Assembly: GCA_951406725.2 (NCBI GenBank)
Contig: OX597818.1
Location: forward strand, 31,868,001-31,932,000
DNA from: Octopus vulgaris
Taxonomy: Eukaryota
Length of the DNA: 64,000 nucleotides
Reading direction: 5' to 3'
This document shows positions 1 to 11,853 of this stretch, in pieces. The number at the start of each line of letters is the position of its first letter. Positions within the stretch are counted from its first letter, which is position 1. The translations under genes were made by a program, and so were the position numbers. A model generated the notes under the pieces. It saw only the letters and a program-made list of their open reading frames with translations. It was not told where the DNA came from and did no database searches.

Positions 1-330
1 TCTTCCAGCGACAACACTTCCCACAGCAGTTTCAACATAGCCATCTGATGTGGGGAGGTATAATGTCACCTTACTGGAGACACAATACAAAACCAACACA
101 AATCAGACGAACTAGATTTTCTCGTGTTACAGACTTTCAGTGTTCTCGGGGCATTGGGCAGCAGTCATGATATCGGTATTTTGATAACCAATCCAAACCA
201 TTATCTAGTCCTCCATATTGGCTAACTTTTCATCAACTACGACATTAACCTTTATGCTATCCAGCATTAATAATTCACAAATACACCAAATCGTTCCTGA
301 GAAAAAGAAGACAAAAAAGTCGTTAAAAGT
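1..330 (-). other. Candidate splice acceptor and exon (possibly 5'UTR) of a minus-strand host gene running off the window
   Basis: Minus strand reads TTTTAAC (branch-like), then CTTTTTTGTCTTCTTTTTCTCAG|G with AG at 298-297, followed by about 300 bp of non-repetitive sequence. No long ORF; an ATG lies near the window edge. Confidence 0.3.
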
Positions 331-343
331 AACAGGGATACCC

Positions 344-389
<46 letters not shown>

Positions 390-872
390 GCCATATAGGA
401 ATTTATATGTACTAGTATCAGACTATTTCCTATAATCAATATATGAGGAAAGGTTATAATTCTTTTTATTAATGTATGTATGTATGTATGTATGTATGCA
501 TGTATGTATGTGTTGAAAGAGCGTTTTAGCTTGGTTGAAGTATTGCTATAAATAAGTAATATTGTGAAGAGGAAGAGAATCTTACATCATGAAAATGTTT
601 CAGATTTTTCATATATTTCGGGCACAAATGCCCATCATCAAGAGAATACAATCGAACATTTTCTTTTCTACCACTGCAAATGAGAATGAAATACACACTA
701 TTACTACAATCACTACCACTATTGCTCCTACGATTGCCACAAACACCACCACCTTACCACTTTTCTCATTATCACGAACCACTCTTGTTTATCAACGTTC
801 CCACTAAGGAATACTAAACTTATACACCTGCTGCTACAAGAGAGAACAATAGAACACTGCTGGTGCTATAAT

Positions 873-912
<40 letters not shown>

Positions 913-1787
913 GTATGATAAAGCAGCTATCAGCGGGGAGTGGGGGGAACACTACCATTTACATTTTGTAAGAAATAAATGCGAAGCTTCAAAACTGCTA
1001 TCGTGAAAAATAATTTAATTTAATTCAATTTATTTTCCCTCTTTGTTATTCCTTGACTAAACCATCTTCAACAACCGAAACTAGTAGAATATTCTAATGA
1101 ATAAATAAATATTTTCCCGTATTTTCATAAACTTCTCAAAGAATTTTTCTCTTTGGTTGTCAACAAAAATTTACTCGTGTGATACATCTTGACGTTTTAA
1201 ATGCACGCACACATACATAGCTACATACATGCATATATGCATTCTTAGATACATACATGTACACACACATACACACGTTTAAGAATTTGTGTTGCAAATC
1301 TTCTGACGTGAAGTCGTGTATTGAAATAGATGTATTTCGGGGTGATCATTTTTTTTGGGGGGGGAGCAAATAAATACAGACACTATATGTTCGTTCTTCA
1401 CTCGTTTGTTATTGTTCTTATTTTAACTCATGTCCATTGTCCAGGAATTTTATATCACACATCTGTGATCTCCTTAGCGAGAATTTCTGTCTTCGTGTGT
1501 GCTCTTGCTCTGCTTATTCCATTCTATTCTTCTATGATGTTTATCTTTATATGTGCATGCGTCTGTGTTTGTGTGTATGTACATGTGTGTGCGCGTGTGT
1601 GCCATTGGTGTTCGTAGCACTATGATCCTCCCCTCAATCACGTCCCCTACCCATTGCCGCTGCTGCCCTTGAATGCGTATATATACATATACAGGCATAT
1701 GCATGTCCTCTGTTACGCATATATACATACATCAAGCACACGTATATATAAATATATAGATAGTTTAACATTTATCTATCTATATAA

Positions 1788-1971
1788 AGGGAAAGTTTAC
1801 GAAAATAAAAAAAAGACGAAGGTAGGTGGTGTACACAACAACCAGATGTATTAGTATAGCGCTCAGGAATAGAAAAAGTATTTTACGTTTCGAGTCTACG
1901 CTCTTCTACAGAAAGGTACGAAGAAAAAACAAGGAGAGAAAAAATATGTTTAGTGACTAACGATCTATCAT
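1788..1971 (-). mobile_element. Short repeat family H1, copy 1 (HHR-like motif, PLE pLTR-like)
   Basis: Inverted match to 2395-2567 and direct match to 18873-19062; flanked by (TA)n; minus strand CTTT-CTGTAGA-A-GAGCGTAGACTC-GAAACGTA-AAA. Confidence 0.7.
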
Positions 1972-1975
1972 GATA

Positions 1976-2020
<45 letters not shown>

Positions 2021-2394
2021 TAGTCAAATTGATGTAGACTCCTATGATGAGAAACCAATACTGTTTGAAAATCGATTTGTTAAATTACCCTTTTTTTTAC
2101 ATATAGGTTTTAATATTATATGGACTGAGTTCCTTGTTTATAAACTCTTGATATTAAATAACGTGTTAAAATTTAAGGTATGCAAACTAGTTGTTCCAGT
2201 TTTCTGCAGCTTCTGGAAGCTTTGAGTATATAAAACAGATTGGTTGCTGGGATTTACCAAATTGGTGTAGACACTGAAAATCGATTTCCGGCATTCTTGT
2301 TTTCAATCTACAAAGAAATATCAAAATTAATCCTATTTATATATCTGCTATATATTTATACGCTCACACCAAACACACAGCACACACACAGGTA

Positions 2395-2566
2395 TGTATA
2401 TTTTCTCCCCTTGTTTCTCTTCTTGTTTATTTCTGTGTCCCTTTCTGTAGACGAGCGTAGGCTCGAAACGTAAAAGACTGTTTCTATTCCTGAGCGTTAT
2501 ACTAATACATCTGTTTGTTTTGTACACCACCTGTCTTCGTCTTTTGTTTTTTTCGTAAACTCTCCC

Positions 2567-2567
<1 letters not shown>
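2395..2567 (+). mobile_element. Short repeat family H1, copy 2 (best-preserved HHR-like motif at 2441-2476)
   Basis: CTTT-CTGTAGA-C-GAGC-GTAG-GCTC-GAAA-CGTA-AAAG; ends CGTAAACTCTCCC followed by (TA)n. Confidence 0.7.
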
Positions 2568-2600
<33 letters not shown>

Positions 2601-3384
2601 TATTTATACAGAAGTGTGCATATGCGCACATGCACATGCATACACATAAACACGCCCAGCTTATGTACTGTTTCCGTCATATAACAAATTCCACTGTCCC
2701 CAAATGAGCGTACAAAGAAAAAAAAAGCATTTTGTCAGACTCATTGTTCTTAATAAAACTCACATTTAGATAAATATATACATATTTTATGGAGTGGTTA
2801 TGTTTATGCCATGGCAACCATATGAAAAAAAATCAAATTTGATTAGAAATTTTATATGTCATGATAGAATTATATGACAAATGAATGGGGGAGACCAGAT
2901 AGAAATATGATAGGGAAAGTGGCAAAAAATACTTTTAAAAAATTTGTGGCAAGCTGATGGAAGATCTCATGCTATTTTGCATTTATGGCTTAATTGGGTA
3001 AATTCAGAAATTCGGTCAGAGAGAGATATGTTATGAAAGTCGTATATCATTTTCTGGCGAAAAATGAAACATCATTATAACCACCACCACCAGCACGTCC
3101 CCCACCACCACGAACATCAAGAACAAGAACAACAACAACAACAAAACCAAAACCACCACCACCTGCCACTACTAAATGCAAGAACCAACAAAGAAACCTG
3201 TTTGTGGTCGGTGTCACGTTCTGCTAGATATAACAGCCAAATCTCTTTCAAATCATGCCTTGAAGTCGTAAATATAGCAAGGTCATGGTAATGAAAATGG
3301 GATGGTCAGTGCTGGAAGGTCCTTTCAACATGTTTTAATTAGTCAGGATCGACCTGAAATTAAATAAAAACAACTATAACAAGA

Positions 3385-3658
3385 ACATCATTTACATTAT
3401 TTACATTTGACGGATATTTGTCCTCATCTTGTTTGTTGTTAACACAACGTTTCGGCTGATATACCCTCCAGCCTTCATCAGGTGTCATGGGGAAATTTCG
3501 AACCTGGGTTCTCATTCCTAAGGTATTATTCGATGTTATTATTATCATTATTATTATTATTATTCAGGTCACTGCCTGGAACCGAACTTGGAATCTTGGG
3601 GTTATTAGCCCACGCTCTTAATCACTACGCCATATGCCCGTGGGCCTATGGCGTAGTG

Positions 3659-3663
<5 letters not shown>
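3385..3663 (-). mobile_element. tRNA-headed SINE-like element carrying a hammerhead ribozyme
   Basis: Minus strand: GGGCATATGGCGTAGTGATTAAGAGCG (A box) ... AAGTTCGGTTCCAGG (B box), (AAT)n spacer, then a body with the HHR. The first 22 nt are repeated inverted at 3642-3663. Confidence 0.7.
3441..3486 (-). ncRNA. Minimal type I hammerhead ribozyme
   Basis: GACAC-CUGAUGA-A-GGCUG-(10 nt loop)-CAGCC-GAAA-CGUU-GUGUU: both core boxes intact, stem I 5 bp, stem II 5 bp, palindromic ACGU in place of stem III. Confidence 0.75.
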
Positions 3664-3719
<56 letters not shown>

Positions 3720-3920
3720 TGTGTGTGTGTGTATGTGCCTGTGTGTGTATGGATGGATGAATATGTATATATAGACACATTTATACATACATAAATACAA
3801 ACATATATATATGTATGTATATACGTAGACACGCATAGACAAATCTATTTGCATGCAGATGTATGCATATAAATGTGTGCGAGTACAAATAAATGTATGT
3901 ATGAATGCATGTATATATGC

Positions 3921-3957
<37 letters not shown>

Positions 3958-4308
3958 AGCACACACACACGCACATACACACATACACACATATTCTTGA
4001 GACTTTCTGTTGACATCAGACAACAGCCAAATACTGTAAAAGCGCTTTAACCATATACGACATGGTGGATACCCGAACATAAAATTATTACCTTTTCTCT
4101 CTCTCTCACCCCTCTCTCTCTCTATATATATATATACATACATACATATATATATACACACACACACACACACAAACATATATATATACATACATACATA
4201 CATACACACATACACAAATATATATATATATATAATGTATATGTACATGTATTAATATATGTATGCATGTATGTATGCACATATATGAAAGTCGTGCATT
4301 AATGTAAT

Positions 4309-4363
<55 letters not shown>

Positions 4364-4503
4364 ATGTTTGGGTGTGTCACTTATGTAGCGGTGCCCATAC
4401 GAATGCATACACGCACGCGGCCCTGAGAGTAATGTAAAATCGGAATGATGTGTAAAGTAGCATCGGAAGCGTGATGAAAAGAAAAAGGGAAACAAACAAA
4501 TCA

Positions 4504-4564
<61 letters not shown>

Positions 4565-4907
4565 GGTGAGAGGGAGAGGAAAAGCGAGAGAGAGGGAGAG
4601 GGGGCAGACAGAGAGACAGAGGGAGTGAGAGAGAAAGGCGTGGGTGAATGAATAGCCGTTATCAAGGAGATTATCAGCACATCACTTGGGTGCGTTTTTA
4701 TCAATTCTGAAAGCGAATGACGTTGATTGATATACAGTGTTTGCATGACATATACAGATGGACGAACAGGAAAACGTATAGATGTAAATGGAGGCGTCTA
4801 TGTGTCTCTATGTCTGCATGTTGTCACTGAATTTTTGCGTGTGCATTGGTATATGCACATATGTAACAACATGTACACACACACATATATAATTACACAC
4901 ACCAATG

Positions 4908-4968
<61 letters not shown>

Positions 4969-5012
4969 GCATGCATACACACACACACACACACACGTAT
5001 ATATATATATAT

Positions 5013-5095
5013 AGTGAAGAGGCATGGCTCAGTGGTTACAGTGTCGAGCTTACGATCGTGAGATTGCAAATTCGATCCTCAGACCGGGCTGCGTG
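5013..5095 (+). mobile_element. tRNA-derived SINE head (family C fragment)
   Basis: TGGCTCAGTGGTTA A box and TTCGATCC B box; same head as 18538-18868. Confidence 0.6.
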
Positions 5096-5357
5096 TATAT
5101 ACATATATATATATATATATGAGATTTATATTATATGTGTGTGTGTGTATACCGTTATATTACGGGATGGTCATGTCATACTTCTTTGGCCAACACAAAT
5201 TCGGGACAGTATTTATTTATGTTTTTTGCAAGACAACTTCATAAACGTACATATATACACAGACATGAAAGAAGTAAATAGACAACCATATAATCATTAA
5301 AATTTATTTAAATCTGAAATTATACATTTAATATAGTGTACGCATAACGAAGCCATA

Positions 5358-5650
5358 TCACGTGATCACATGATCGACAAGTCTATGAGATGCTGTCATA
5401 CATTGCTGATTACAATGCGCTTTGAATCGTTTTAGCTTTTGAATGATGCTACTGGCTGGCTAGGCAAGAAGGCCAGCTTCCCTCCTGATTGAAAGTCTAA
5501 TTCATTGTAGTGTTACCCATTTACAGCCGAGTGAACTGTAGCAACGTGAAATGAAGCGTTTTGTTCAAGAACATAGTGCACCGTGCGGTCCTATAATCGA
5601 ACCCACATTGTAGAACTTGTGAGCACACCGCCCTATCAACAAGGCCATAT
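5358..5650 (-). mobile_element. Old tRNA-derived SINE with CACGTGAT-repeat tail
   Basis: Minus-strand head (TGGCCTTGTTGATAGG...GGTTCGATT); central TTCACGTTGCTACAGTTCACTCGGCTG shared with families C/D; tail shared with 17092-17205 and 36120-36200. Confidence 0.6.
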
Positions 5651-6089
5651 ATGCACACAAAATGAATTCCATCTAAGCAAATCTCAGTATATACTAGCTA
5701 TTCTATTGTTTGTTGTTTTCGATTTAGTTCCAAATGACCAAAGCAGATTCTGATACTGCAGAGGCAAAATCACGCCGAAACATTGAATAAATTGTCCGCA
5801 CAGAGTTTGGCTCGATGTGTTCTGAAACAGAAACCTGTAACAGAGTGTTTTTTTTTCCTTCTGCGGTGAATACCTTTCGCGCACATTACTACTCGCATAC
5901 ACACATGCACATTCATACACTCTCACACAAACACACGCATGCGCATATACAAATGCACGAACACACACATGTACGCATAAACACGTGTATCAATCCACGC
6001 ACGCACGCACACACATACACACAAATGTTTCAGTACCAATACTTCCACGTCTATGTGTGTGTAAATGCTAGTACATCTTTGGATATATC

Positions 6090-6456
6090 TTTATCTTCGC
6101 CTTAACAAAGGTGGATGTATTATTTTCAGTCGTATTTGTTTGTTTGTTTGTCCATGGACAAGATATCTCAAGAACCACTGGATGGATTTGGATAAAACGT
6201 TCAAGGGATGTTTGGCCCCATGACTGGCGTGAACTGATTACATTTAGTGATCGATCCCGTACCGGACAAGGATTCTGGATTATTTTTTTAAAATTAATTT
6301 TTGAGAGCTATTGGGTTCATTTTTTAATATTCTCGTTTGTGATAGCAGTCGAGTTTATTTCAGAAATTCTCATTCTAAAAATCATCACCGGCTAATCGTT
6401 GAGAGGAGGTTGGTGTTGCATTGGCGGAAGTTTGCGCTCTTTGAGTGTTCTTGTTA
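6090..6456 (+). mobile_element. Helentron-associated non-autonomous element (HINE/DINE-1-like)
   Basis: Subterminal inverted repeat CTTCGCC...GGCGGAAG, (GTTT)n microsatellite near the 5' end, 3' hairpin GCGCTC-TTT-GAGTGT, T-rich ends. Confidence 0.6.
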
Positions 6457-6594
6457 CCTATTAAAGACAAATTGTTCTAAATCTAACTTAGACTAATGCA
6501 ATCTAGTATAAAGACAATGATAAATGTGCAAAATACACTATGTACGCAAATCAATACGAAAATAATTAGTATACATACATATATATATATATAC

Positions 6595-6638
<44 letters not shown>

Positions 6639-6689
6639 ACACTCATATGGAGATCCGGATAAAACCCCTCTTCATTATTGTCGAAGTCA

Positions 6690-6764
6690 TCGACGCCATT
6701 GTCGCCGTCGTCGTCCTCCTCCTCCCCTCCTCCTCCCCCATCATCATCATCGTCGTCGTCGTCG

Positions 6765-6815
<51 letters not shown>

Positions 6816-6922
6816 CCACCACCACCATCATCACCACCATCATCGCCTTCAACACATCTATCATCTCTCTGTATTCTATTCCGAAATATTTCGAATCGCA
6901 ACTTCGCAGTTTGGTTTCCCGT

Positions 6923-6960
<38 letters not shown>
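6690..6960. repeat. Compound (CGT/CCT/CAT/CAC)n and (CT)n microsatellite
   Basis: Direct reading; accounts for the poly-H/S/D/I ORFs. Confidence 0.95.
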
Positions 6961-6962
<2 letters not shown>

Positions 6963-7847
6963 CCTCTCTCTCCCCTCTCTCTTATTGTCTCTTTCTCTCT
7001 CTTTGCTCTTTCACTCCCTCTCACCTACCCTTCATCCTCTCTTTTCCCCCCTCTCTCTCTCGCTTTCTTCCTTTTTTCCTCTTTTACTTACCTCTCCCTT
7101 TTTACATATATACCTTTATTCTCCCTCTCCTCCCCTCTCTTAAAACTTATTCTCCCCCAAAGACAACCAGCTCCTCTCTTTCCAACTCTCTTTATGTGTC
7201 ACGCGGAACCACACGATTGATTTAAAAAGATAGCTAGTCACCTTAGCTCTCGACCTTCACCTCCTTGTGCCCGAATTAGGGGCTAAAGGGTAAGACAAAT
7301 GTAGATCAAAGATTGTCCAGTGAAAGATTAAATGTCCCTTTTATTTTCCCATGGCTCTTCTATAATAGATGAGGAAAGAATTTGCAGCTTTCGTGGGGGA
7401 CAAAAAAGAAAGAAAAAACAAGTAAAAGGAAAAATGTCAGCCACAGCTTCTGGCATCGTGTCAGGAACTACAATGTCAGCGAGAATGATCGCTTCACTCC
7501 ACAGACCGTCTTTCGGCTATTTCGATTATATCATCATCATCAGCAGCAGCAGCAGCAGCAGTAGCAGTAGCAGCTGTAGCAGCAGCAGCAGCAGTTCTAA
7601 TAACCACTACCAGTACCTCCAATATCACAGCACAACCAACAATCATTCCTCATCATCGCAGTAAACATCATCATCAATAATCATCAAAATCGTGTTTCTC
7701 CTCTGCCTCCCGCTCATCCTGCTCCTCATCCGCCACCCCTCCTCCTCCTCCATCCGCCACCTCTTCCTCCTCCTCCATCCGCCACCTCCTCATCCGCCAC
7801 CTCCCCCCTCCACCACCACCACCACCACCAACATCTCCTTCTCCCCC

Positions 7848-7880
<33 letters not shown>

Positions 7881-7889
7881 TAATAATAA

Positions 7890-8272
7890 TGGCACATCGT
7901 TAGCGACGAAACGGTATGGCATGAATACAAAAGACGCCATGACAATGTGGCAAGAATGATCCATTGAGAGCTCTGTGGAAATCACGGCCTACAAGGAGCA
8001 AAGACGTGGTATGAACAAACCTCAGGAGTCACCCAAAATGAGAACTGCAAGATCCTATGGGATGTAATGATCCAGTGCGATCACCTGACCAGACATAGGA
8101 AACGGGACATTGTTGTGGTGAATAGAAAAGAAAGAACATGTATGATTGTCGACACAGCAGTGACAACAGGATCAATGTGAAAGAAAACTAAATAATAAAC
8201 AACTATGACGATTTAAAGTGGAAAATACGAAGGTGATGGTAAATGAAGAGAGTATACTTGATACTAATAGTA
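7890..8272 (+). pseudogene. R4/Dong-clade non-LTR retrotransposon C-terminal fragment (restriction-like endonuclease)
   Basis: Translates EYKRRHDNVARMIH*ELCGNHG...ENCKILWDVMIQCDHLTRHRKRDIVVVNRKERTCMIVDTA, i.e. the RHD and degenerate PD-(D/E)xK motifs. Begins right after a (TAA)n tract, the known Dong target. Confidence 0.8.
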
Positions 8273-8274
8273 TC

Positions 8275-9443
8275 AGGAGAAGAATGGGAAAAGGTGAGTA
8301 CCTAGCGCCTTCAAATAACCAGTGCTCCGGGCAGGCTGTACTCGTTAGTCTTAGATAGCAAGCAGTCTAGGAGAAGGATCACTCTGAGTTCAAAACCAGG
8401 GGAGCAAGGGCCCTGCCGCCTTGGCGGACTACCTTGATAGAGATAGTGTCTGGATAAAAATACCTGTTGGTAGTAACTTAAAAACACACCTCGGTTGTGA
8501 GTGAAAATGCCAAGCAAAATATATGACGATTACGGTGTGAACAGGACTGGAACCAATGGTGAAGGTGTCGCACCCGGCAGGAGCTCCATTGTGCAGTAGG
8601 GTGGGCCCGATCGTAATCTAGCAACTGCTAGCCATGCTACAAAACGTAAGTGGAGTAAACAAGTAAACACGATAGTTATGGCGTGTCACTACCGGAGCAC
8701 CCCAGTGAATGCAAATGATATACCTATCAGAGGACACAGAAAAGGAATGCACAGTGAATGGAAGGCAATGCAACTATTTGAAATTACTGAACAGAGATTA
8801 TGTGACCAAGCAAAAACAATACGAAAGAATGGATGCTTAATAGAATTGGAGCTAGAAGCTATTAGAAGAAGGATATAGGGGTGATGCTCAGCATACGAGA
8901 AATGAAAGTGGTATAGTGGAAGAGATGGACAATTGTTCGCAAGAATATAATACCGTGAATTGTGAAAGAATTGAGATCAGTGACTACTCAAACAATGAAG
9001 ATCGATTAATAATTGACAGAATTTTGGATCTATTAAATACAGAAGGGAGATAATTTATGTGCGACTTTAAGAAGGCTAACCAATGGAGACTAAATCAAGA
9101 GATGAGTAAAGTCAATAATGTATTGAGATACATTGAAACAATGAACATCACACAAACAAATAATCTTATCAAGGTTGCTGGTAGGATTGTGGCGGAAAGG
9201 AGGGAATTGAGAACTACTGAGAATAGAACAGCGGCGGATAGAAAAGATAATATACAACCGTGGCGGAAAAGGAGAATTTCTGAAGATATAAACTCCTTGA
9301 ACAGTGTAGAGTCAATACTTGTCAGGAAAAGAAATGGAGAGCTTAAGAATGCATGGAAATTCAAAAAAGTTAGGAAGAAATATGGTGTAGATACAAAAGC
9401 CTGAATGTTGTAATTGAGGAACTGAATCAGTGCCTACTTGCAG

Positions 9444-9482
<39 letters not shown>

Positions 9483-11094
9483 AAATAAAATATAAAACAA
9501 AACTAACTAGGTTTAACCAACGGATTAAGCAATATCGGCAAAATAAATTGTTTAGACAACTATTGCAGCGTGGACGGTGTTTATAAGCCATTTAAGAAAC
9601 ACACACAATCCGATAGATTCACTTCAACATTTAAATTTAATTTGACAAAATATTTTTGTCACTTTGAGACCACGACCTGTTCACTGACAAAACTCAGTGC
9701 TGTATTTCAGTGAACAGGTCGCGGTCTCAAAGCGACGAAAATATTTTGACAAATTAAATTTAAATGTTGAAGTGAATCTAACGGATTTTGTGTGTTTCTT
9801 AATTGGTTTATAAACACCTTCCACGCTGAAATTGTTTTCATTCCAGCACACGATCTCAGATCAGGTCACTTTCTATGCAAGTACATCTCCGTAAATTGTT
9901 TGGAACCAACCAAAAAATATTCTATCGAGATTAATGATGAAAAAAACGTGAAAGACTAGTTTTTGATGCTGATGAAGGCCGACTTTTCTGTGGTAAGATA
10001 TGGAGTAAGCAAGAACAACATAATACTCCAGCTGAATGGCTCTGCAACCTGGAACAAAGAGCTTCTTATCCCCAGCAAGAGGCTATCCACTTCATAGACG
10101 ACAGTATGAGAAATATGAGTAAAAATATAAGCAACGGGAAAGCAGCAGGACCTGAGGGGGTGTACAGGGATTTGGGATAAAAATGTTGAGTAGTCATAAA
10201 TTGATTGCAGAGCAATTTAATGCCTTGATCAATGGAGAAGAAGAAATCCCAGACTGGTTGACAAAAGGACGGACGGTGTTGTGTCTGGAGGATGCACCAA
10301 AGGGAAATGCTGCTGACAAATACAGACCAATTTCTTGCCTCCCGTTAATGTGGAAGTTACTGGCAGGAGGAATTGCAGAAGAACTGTATAAATTTCTTCA
10401 TGACAGCGATATATTACCGACAGAAAAAAAAGCTGTAGATGGAGATGCAGGGGAACCAAAGGCCAACTGTTGATAGACAAAATGGTAATGCAAGATTGTA
10501 ATCGAAGGAGGAATGGCCTAGATTGACTATCGCAAAGCTTATGATATGATTTCACATTCGTGGATCATCAAGTGCTTAGATCGGTTTAGAATTGCGAGGA
10601 ATGTAACGTGTTTCCTGAAGAGAAGTATGGTGGGATGGAAAACTGAACTGATAACTTACGGAAAAAGCTTGGGCACCCTGGGTATCAGAAGAGGGATTTT
10701 CCAGAGTGATAGCCTATCTCTGTTGCTTTTCGTTATCTGCAAGATACCCCTGACCTTGGTACTGAGGGAATTGAACCTGGAGTACCAACTAGAGGAAAAC
10801 TCCCAAACAATCAACTATCACTTTTTCATGGCTGATTTGAAACTGTGTGGCAAAGATGAGGCACAAATGAGTTCCTTGGTGAACACAGTCCACTGTTTTA
10901 GTACTGATATTAGAATGGAATTTAGACTCAAGAAGCGCCGAATAATCTACCTAAAAAGGTGCAAGGTACAGTCTCTAGCAGGGACTGAATTACCTAATAG
11001 AGGCTTGATTAAGCAAATTAAAACGGAAGGATACAAATACCTTGGTGTACTTGAGTGCAGCAAGATAATAGAAAACGAAATGAAAAAGCAATAA
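8275..11094 (+). pseudogene. Decayed R4/Dong-clade element: 5'UTR, N-terminal domain and reverse transcriptase, truncated before the endonuclease
   Basis: N-terminus KWSKQVNTIVMACHY...TEQRLCDQAKTIRKNG; RT motifs [52 protein letters not shown]; several stops, frameshifts and insertions. Confidence 0.9.
9554..9891. mobile_element. Palindromic insert in the R4 element (about 125-bp inverted arms) with a 10-bp TSD and an HHR-like motif
   Basis: TAAATTGTTT duplicated at 9544-9553 and 9892-9901; arms about 9566-9688 and 9706-9828; removing the insert rejoins RQNKLF/GTNQKIFYR. Confidence 0.85.
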
Positions 11095-11169
11095 TAAAAA
11101 CAGGAATTGCATTATTACTAAAGGTGAGGGGACCGAGCTCGAATAAAATATTTACCAGTTGGCAATACT

Positions 11170-11320
11170 TCCGTTTCTTTACGTTCTGAGTTCAATTTTC
11201 GCCAAGGTTGCCTTTGCCTTTCATCCACTCGTGGTCGATAAATTAAGTACCAATCGAGCAGTAACGTCGATATATACTTTTTTCTTCCCTCAGTATTTCA
11301 ATCTTTGTGCCAAACTTTGA
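11170..11320 (+). mobile_element. SINE family B fragment
   Basis: TTACGTTCTGAGTTCAA...GCCTTTCATCC...GTCGATAAATTAAGTACC matches the other family B copies. Confidence 0.6.
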
Positions 11321-11814
11321 AAGAACTATTACTAACAGTTCCACGAATAATACACAGCATCAAAAGCCACAAATTCCGTCAAAAATTTAGGGGTGCCCTC
11401 CTTCGCAGATTGAGGATATCTCTTAATCCTCGGATGTGAATGCTGGAATATGCAGTCACATGTGCCCTCAACAAGGTTTGAAACTGCTTCCTTACTAGTT
11501 GCACGTAAAAAGTTAATTGACTCTTTTATCAATACCAGTGTATGACATTGCTTTCTGTGACACACAACGGCTATTTACTCGGACAACACAAAACAAGCTT
11601 AAAACTATTCGTTTGCGATCAATTATTAGCAAATACACGTATAAGAGTGTTTGCATTTGCCTTTGTTTTTGAACGTCTGTATATATTGCGCGTCTATGAG
11701 TGAGTGTGCATACTATATATATATATATATATGAATGTATGTATGCATGTATGTATATATAAGTATGTATGTATGCATATATATACATACACACACATAT
11801 ATGTGTGTACATAT

Positions 11815-11853
<39 letters not shown>

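Noticed and set aside
2035-2080. TATGATGA-GAAAC...GTTT-GAAAATCGAT hammerhead-like string
   Set aside because: Core C3 is missing and there is no stem I; too weak
3565-3639. tRNA gene
   Set aside because: No proper acceptor stem or terminator; it is a SINE head, as are the other A/B-box matches
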